DNA of 64,000 bases, taken from assembly GCA_965644495.1 (NCBI GenBank), contig CBFFSA010000009.1:620001-684000 (forward strand). The letters run 5' to 3'. Source of the DNA: Perkinsela sp. CCAP 1560/9. Taxonomy: Eukaryota; Protista; Euglenozoa: Kinetoplastea. Positions 58,901 to 64,000 of this stretch are shown piece by piece (within the stretch, counting starts at the first letter, position 1; every line of letters begins with the position of its first letter). Below the pieces are notes generated by a model that worked only from the letters and a program-made list of their open reading frames with translations, ran no database searches and was not told where the DNA came from. Position numbers and translations under genes: made by a program.

Positions 58901-60800
58901 GAGCGGAGCACCGGAAAACCCCAAAAATTGGCGCCCCATTTCACTGACGAGCGCCCTTGGTAAAGCGTTTCACACAATCATATCGCATCGCCTGACCCAA
59001 CATCTTATTGGACACAATGTGATTGACCCGGAAATACAGAAAGGGTTTCTTCCCGAAATCAATGGGACATTGGAGCACACCCAAACTCTATGCACCCTCC
59101 TCCAGCACTACCAGCGACATAAACGACAGTACTGTCTTGCCCAATTGGACCTCACTAACGCCTTTGGTTCGATCCCGTATAACATTATACTAGCTTCCCT
59201 AGGTTGGGCAGGCATACCCTGCAACGTTGTCGACTACATCAAAGACAGCCTCACTGATGCACACATACGAGTTAAATGTTACGAAGGTCTAACGCGTCCC
59301 ATACATGTAAAGAAGGGAGTCTTACAAGGCGATACACTCTCTCCCACTATATTCTTAGTAGTCATGGAAATCGTATTACGATACGTTCGGTTCTCGTGTC
59401 CAACCTTTGGCATGCGCCTTCCCAACGGCGATAACAACTTCTTGAAAGCGTATGCCGATGATTTAACCATTCTGACCGAAAGTGACCGTGACATGCAAAC
59501 TTCGCTGAACGCACTAACCACGGTGCTCTCCAAAATCGGATTAAAAATCAACGTCACAAAAAGTCGAGTCCAATGTATGAGCACGCGGAAAGGCGAAGAG
59601 CACCCGGGGTACATGACGAGAAGACCTGCAGTAACCACATACGGAGAAAAAATTCCACATATTTGTGACGCCGGAAGCTCATTTCTTGGTATGACCCTCG
59701 CCCCTGGATCTCAGCAGCTAAACGAACTTTTCAAGAAATTAAACTCAAAGCTGAAGGGATGGCTCGAAAACACGAGTGCCAGCGCCCATAATCTCCCGGC
59801 TAAGCTGTGGATCTACAGACACGCTATAATTTCCCGACTTCGGTTTCAGTTTACCATCCACCCCTGCATCTCTTTCAGCTCAGTTCTGCGGCTTCAGAAG
59901 CGAGTCACAGCACACATTCGACGATGGATTAACATGGCTCGTGCCGGTAGCACAGAAGTACTATACTCCTGCCGCGGCTGGAATCTCAAAAGTCTGACAC
60001 AACTCTGGTACGAGTGCACCGGAACGTCACTTACCCAAATGCATCAATCACGAGACCCGAACGTGCTCAAGGCATTGCGCTTCCGCATCCAGGAAGAGCA
60101 AAGGAAGCGTGCGAAAGGTCAAATCCGCCCAGCTGCACAGATAACCGATCATCTTAACGACCCACAGCGCGCACGACAAATACTCCGTGATGCCCACGAA
60201 GAACAAATGATTACACGTCTACGACAACGTGCTCCTGTTGCTGCCCTCTGGTGGCAGTTTCCGTCAGACCCAGAAATGGCACAAGAATTTGCATCTGCCA
60301 TCCATGGGATCCGAAACGAGAAACTCTCGCGATTCATGTCCTCCGTCATGACTCTAACCCCCCTGCCCTCCCGAGTATCCCTTGCACAATGGGGTCGCAA
60401 CTATCACTCTGATACAAAATGTCCCATATGCCGAGACAAACCACAAACAACAAGACACGTCCTTTCATCATGCAACACATCCTTACAACAAGGGAGGTAC
60501 ACACTAAGACACGACATGGTTCTCCGCGAGTTCGCACGACACGTACGCCAATCCCCTGCCACCGAAGCTTGCCACTTTGACCTCACGGGTGAACGGAACC
60601 CACCCCCGTGGTACACCAGTAGCGACCGTTTACTGCGCCCGGATGGCTGGATCAAACTACGGAACGGGACCGAGTTCATCATTGAGCTAACTGTCCCGTG
60701 GGAGGAGAACTGCGAAAACGCACACCGGCGGAAGTCAGAGAAGTATAACTCACTTCCCCACGAGCGCAGAATCGAGAACCCGAACTGCTACGCTAAATAA
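55947..60800 (+). CDS. Single-ORF RLE non-LTR retrotransposon (HERO/NeSL-like) polyprotein, uninterrupted 1617 aa
   Basis: RT (SSPGAD, NWRPISL, QKGF, LDLTNAFGSI, GVLQGDTLSP, AYADDL), CCHC knuckle CPIC...HVLSSC, GRYTLRHD, and RLE RPDG...IELTVPWEEN...KY. Confidence 0.93.
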   Translation: MARHRAQRSHSNAPQDLTRGPRGVRKQSATPTHPDASSNENGSTPDNLLNVTQTEHVTGNSANTTASSPAEPCKHKCLNKRECLHLCCKRHLTAQSITDSDTVTSHTVMSKKRRNFEVSPLAMARSIILVFRTLYNMRNIGIIISNVFRWISSLAVHLLVAPIRAIPSPNALNPFRRNVGTQSITTKPCRHICLNKVTCKHPCCKRHIRHSQKKVINMVPTNNGPFGHVLLVITRNTQTLLSLLTGWLSEAANPLHIVQCMNMVYVCTGSTIRFITSSCRKTYDIFRSPLLLLPRIRIMHEKFCSNVARLKKQPLSMTALDIMKLAQRIILWYIRLFYIQVDTMPQNDGKPEPATTSPTKLCTSSQPFTTAVEKESNPYLPANPTVTLNHNEMYEVKKLTEKQELIMPCPREQEGENDEVPGWVFQSSATQNRDESAPPDTNHEPRQKQYLHFVQSRARPVKVRTVANLIWTYFPDIRSASESPLVRARITSLQAAQAALSKMLSGKSNSHDLVVEPSTTEELMDHRGCDYIHIEEQNSQHISRHASWTSLLQDNTLKLNEKYATAGALGRAVMKALNGMDIPHLRHLRITVHRRLEEAEEVSYERISRREASPSRIQQNRSAPTLRTVQPCRHTCRNKLECAHLCCKVFGPPYAPGNETGCESPTTVPNNIHSQVEPSTPTVQSDASQSQKAVELLQKHNAILGGKVTIRLSEEQWRQVEARASARCNELLSDTTDRKTTIRNAELLSAALAVSAYEIATEANPTRGFLIRASTGHARRRYRPLATERVAQELKHHLTTLKISLRYTRSRTERDELRAQIKECRKLVRIREEEATKQREEIDQRWASERFSRNPWTAASETIDKPDANEVQNTTYPTCDRNTIETYFESSFKPSEELFQLPPPDVLGPGAAQPMHWDPITRDDVTAAINMKRNSSSPGADTITNLILKKCPSMHDQFAKVFNNLMTFSTCPPSWKTAITRLIHKSGAPENPKNWRPISLTSALGKAFHTIISHRLTQHLIGHNVIDPEIQKGFLPEINGTLEHTQTLCTLLQHYQRHKRQYCLAQLDLTNAFGSIPYNIILASLGWAGIPCNVVDYIKDSLTDAHIRVKCYEGLTRPIHVKKGVLQGDTLSPTIFLVVMEIVLRYVRFSCPTFGMRLPNGDNNFLKAYADDLTILTESDRDMQTSLNALTTVLSKIGLKINVTKSRVQCMSTRKGEEHPGYMTRRPAVTTYGEKIPHICDAGSSFLGMTLAPGSQQLNELFKKLNSKLKGWLENTSASAHNLPAKLWIYRHAIISRLRFQFTIHPCISFSSVLRLQKRVTAHIRRWINMARAGSTEVLYSCRGWNLKSLTQLWYECTGTSLTQMHQSRDPNVLKALRFRIQEEQRKRAKGQIRPAAQITDHLNDPQRARQILRDAHEEQMITRLRQRAPVAALWWQFPSDPEMAQEFASAIHGIRNEKLSRFMSSVMTLTPLPSRVSLAQWGRNYHSDTKCPICRDKPQTTRHVLSSCNTSLQQGRYTLRHDMVLREFARHVRQSPATEACHFDLTGERNPPPWYTSSDRLLRPDGWIKLRNGTEFIIELTVPWEENCENAHRRKSEKYNSLPHERRIENPNCYAK

Positions 60801-61506
60801 AAAGGGTTATCCCGTTGTATGCGGGCCTTACCCTGAAAACTCTCTGCTATTATGCAATAATAACTCATGAACAAACAAACCCTACCTACAGTCGCAGGAG
60901 GACTTTGCCTCCACCGAGAGTATTTGGATATCGCTTTCAATCCCTCACCATGGGTCGTCCTACGCCCCCCACGTCTTGGTGTATGACGACACCGGGCACG
61001 GTGTATTACAAACTGATGGCCACATGTCAGAAGGGAACATCCCTTTCTACCTCTGTCGCGCCCTGGACGATAAAGATACATTATCACAGGCTTCATAAAC
61101 ACGCTTGATACCGGTCCCAAGCCCGGCGTCGTCTTCTTAACAAGACGAAGTGTGAGGGTGAAGAGTTTTATTGTACGATAAGGTACGACTTTTTTTTTAA
61201 TATATTTGTCCATCTCTTCGTTTGTTAAACATACAGATATGTTGAACATACTGATTTATTTGAACATACAGGTTTGTTGAATATACACACTATAATCCTT
61301 GGTTCCGACCCAAAGATAGGATATAAATTTTATTTACATGTTGACATGCTATGTGGAACCGAGCCTGGCACTAAATTAGTGATTTTATTCCGGTTCGTTT
61401 TGGCCCTGACCGGGGAAAACATACCGTTCGGCGCCAAAATGAACTACTTCGAGGAAATTTGTGACTCACGGTCGACGATTATTATTATTATAATAACAAT
61501 TTATTA

Positions 61507-62021
61507 TTTGCCTCGAGGTCTTTCGGGACTGACGGTTGGCACTTCACCTTGAGGTTCCTCGGAACTGACGGTTGGTGGTTATACTTTGCCTCGAGGTCCT
61601 TCGGGACTGACGGTTGGCACTTCACCTCGAGGTTCTTCGTAACTGACGGTTCGTGGTTTTACTTTGCCTCGAGGTCCTTCGGGACTGACGGTTGGCACTT
61701 CACCTCGAGGTTCTTCGGAACTGACGGTTCGTGGTTTTACTTTGCCTCGAGGTCCTTCGGGACTGACGGTTGGCACTTCACCTCGAGGTTCTTCGGAACT
61801 GACGGTTGGTGGTTATACTTTGCCTCGAGGTCCTTCGGGACTGACGGTTGGCACTTCGCCTCGAGGTTCTTCGGAATTGACGGTTGGTGGTTATACTTTG
61901 CCTCGAGGTCCTTCGGGACTGACGGTTGGCACTTCACCTCGGGGTTCTTCGGAACTGACGGTTGGTGGTTACACTTTGCCTCGAAGTCCTTCAGGACTGA
62001 CGGTTGGCACTTCACTTCGAG
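61507..62021. repeat. 78-bp tandem repeat (~6.6 units; each a dimer of 36- and 42-bp subunits)
   Basis: tttgcctcga recurs at 61507, 61585, 61663, 61741, 61819, 61897 and 61975. Confidence 0.95.
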
Positions 62022-62380
62022 TGATCATTGAGGATTGGCTTCTCGTAGTCGTAAATTTAATGATTATTGTAAGCAAATATTGCTGATCATCACACAGTAC
62101 CACTGCTGTCTGTGTTGCTTTCCAGGGTACTGGAAGTAATGAAAAAAAATGGATAGAAAGAAAAAAAAATGGATTTGCCAGTGTGACGCACCTTATACGA
62201 CTTGCGCAGTCGGGTCAGTTTTGCACTGCGTTCATTATTCCACGGATTTCGAATGCAATGCCTTTACGGCTACGCATCTGTGTGAAGTATCTAATAAAAG
62301 ATGCTCAACAGATTCCACGCCCCTTAGAGTTTTGTCTCACGTTTGAAAACCTAGAATGATGACAAGAAGGGGAGGAGGGA

Positions 62381-62565
62381 GCTGATCTGCGGTGCCAATG
62401 GGTATTCCTGTCACTGGGCTTGGTCCCGGTATCAAGGTGCTTATGAAGCCTGTGATAATGAGGGTGTTGCCAATCCCTGGTCAGTAATCGGCCCAGGGAC
62501 ATAGCAACTCCCCATTATCTCGGGCGTAGTAAACACGCCTTGGCTTGCCTGGCACTGAGATCAGC
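62381..62565. ncRNA. Candidate structured RNA / dispersed repeat of unknown class
   Basis: Closing stems GCTGATCT/AGATCAGC and GTGCCA/TGGCAC, a long internal hairpin, and homologous segments at 26760-26861 and (inverted) 61079-61125. Confidence 0.45.
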
Positions 62566-62875
62566 CATTGGAAAAAAACAAAGACGAAAGAATAGAAAGC
62601 AGAAAAAAAAAATACAGAAGGCGTATGTATAGATGAATACATTAGTTTCGCCGATTGCTTGAAGTAGTAAGGAAAAAGAGCGAGAGAGAAAACAGAGAGA
62701 AACAGGAATATGCTGACATAAAGCAGTCAGCAAGTATCCATATTCTGGCGAGCGTGAGGGTGGAAATACAGAAAGGGTGAATATAGAATGAGAGAGCAAA
62801 GATGACCAGGATAAGTCACAACCGTATCTAATCTATTAAAACATGCATAGGAACTTGCTCTAAATTTTATTTCTT

Positions 62876-63814
62876 ATGCCGAAGAAACGACCCTCCGTAG
62901 CTACCTCACTCCAAGCTTCACAAAGCCGCTCAGTTCCTATAGTCGGCCACACTCACCACTTTGACGCAAACGTCGATAGCGTAGTCGACCAGGCATGCTC
63001 GACGAAAACGAGCATAAAAATTTCTCTACGTTTTGAGCGCGCAGTCGATGTGAATCTCCTTGTCAAATTTATGGCGGAAATCAGCGAAGACGAATGCGCA
63101 AGTGCAATCATGGATTTCGTTGAAAAGGTATTAGGGGGAGAAACCCTCAGTGAAAAAGCAAGTTTTACAGCCAAACTTTTGGGTGTCCGCCGAACACAGG
63201 ACGTCTCCGAATTCGAGAATTTGATTGGAAACGAAGAACATCGAGGAATTTTGGTTTCCCTCATGCTGGACCCCCCGAAGGAGCCAAAGAAAATGAAAGC
63301 ACGGGAAGGAGAAAAGGAGGACGGGCAACTTACTGTATGGACAGGCACGGAGAATCGTCCTCACCTTGGAGGGCAACTGTGGGAAGCAGTGCACAACCCG
63401 AAGTTTCAAAAATGGGCCGAAAGCTTTCTTCTAACCCGCTACGCTATTTTCTTCAAGGAGATGCTTACGCAAGCAGGAAAAGGTGTATCCCCCAAGGCGG
63501 CACAAGAAAACAAGGCGGTATCAATAGCAGCTAACCATTTCCTTCTAGAACTCGCTGCTCATTTTCTTGTGTTCCGCGCCGATTTTGACGACGTAAAGAA
63601 AGAGGAATCTCTTCTTCTTTGCCGCAAGAACGTCGGATTGCTCCCAGAGACCGACTCCGTAACTATACCGGAGACTCTTTTGAAGGCGAAATCCTTCCAA
63701 AATAGTACTTCAGGCTATGGACGGGGAGGCATGGTCCAAAACAACAGAAGAACATTTGGGCCGGATGTGCGTTATTTCAACCGCCCGCGACCAGTAAATT
63801 TGTATGCCCCTTGA
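62876..63814 (+). CDS. Hypothetical protein, possibly a gag-like ORF of a YR retroelement
   Basis: Clean 312-aa ORF with a helical middle and an R/G/N-rich C-terminus like the gag ends of the VIPER-like copies. No diagnostic motif. Confidence 0.4.
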   Translation: MPKKRPSVATSLQASQSRSVPIVGHTHHFDANVDSVVDQACSTKTSIKISLRFERAVDVNLLVKFMAEISEDECASAIMDFVEKVLGGETLSEKASFTAKLLGVRRTQDVSEFENLIGNEEHRGILVSLMLDPPKEPKKMKAREGEKEDGQLTVWTGTENRPHLGGQLWEAVHNPKFQKWAESFLLTRYAIFFKEMLTQAGKGVSPKAAQENKAVSIAANHFLLELAAHFLVFRADFDDVKKEESLLLCRKNVGLLPETDSVTIPETLLKAKSFQNSTSGYGRGGMVQNNRRTFGPDVRYFNRPRPVNLYAP

Positions 63815-64000
63815 TCTTATCGTTCTAATCGAGAAGGGTTCGTCAAAGGCCTAGAACGGCCAGAAAAGTTTTCTCGGGAAATGAACGATCGAAAGAATAA
63901 ACATGAAAAGGGGCCGTGATTGCCGATCTTGGGGGCAATAGATGTATGTTTTAGTTTTTCTTAATCAGATTCATGTTTGGGCTGAACATAGAGCACGAAT

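Noticed and set aside
61507-62021. CRISPR array or hammerhead ribozyme array
   Set aside because: There are no unique spacers or cas genes and the context is eukaryotic. CTGACGG lacks the CUGANGA/GAAA hammerhead core.

Overview
Eukaryotic DNA, very probably from a kinetoplastid. A Perkinsela-like or other non-trypanosomatid lineage is my inference from the gene layout, the LRR family and the spliced-leader sequence. The first ~26.6 kb holds an intron-less gene cluster that is entirely on the minus strand: an LRR gene start, a PPR-like helical-repeat protein, glycerol-3-phosphate acyltransferase, Pumilio, two LRR proteins, UTP15, a calmodulin-like protein and UFD1. A nest of DNA transposons (PIF/Harbinger-like, pogo, Tc1, MITEs) interrupts it at ~12-19.6 kb. 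The remaining ~37 kb is almost all mobile DNA: hAT, Tc1, Merlin, VIPER/TATE-like tyrosine-recombinase retrotransposons, RTE, CRE/SLACS-like elements and an intact HERO-like RLE retrotransposon. The most notable signal is a set of kinetoplastid spliced-leader (SL) exon copies, without the SL intron, at the 5' ends of several retro-modules. Three of these modules are stacked head-to-tail at 53.6-60.8 kb. Other highlights: (1) an Ataxin-2/PBP1 LsmAD domain at the N-terminus of a CRE element; (2) three Mer3/HFM1-like zinc fingers in the HERO-like ORF; (3) YR retrotransposons whose recombinase lies inside an open pol frame, with a candidate -1 frameshift site and a YxDG RT motif; (4) a dispersed, covarying structured-RNA-like repeat. 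All family assignments come from motif recognition by eye; no database searches were run.
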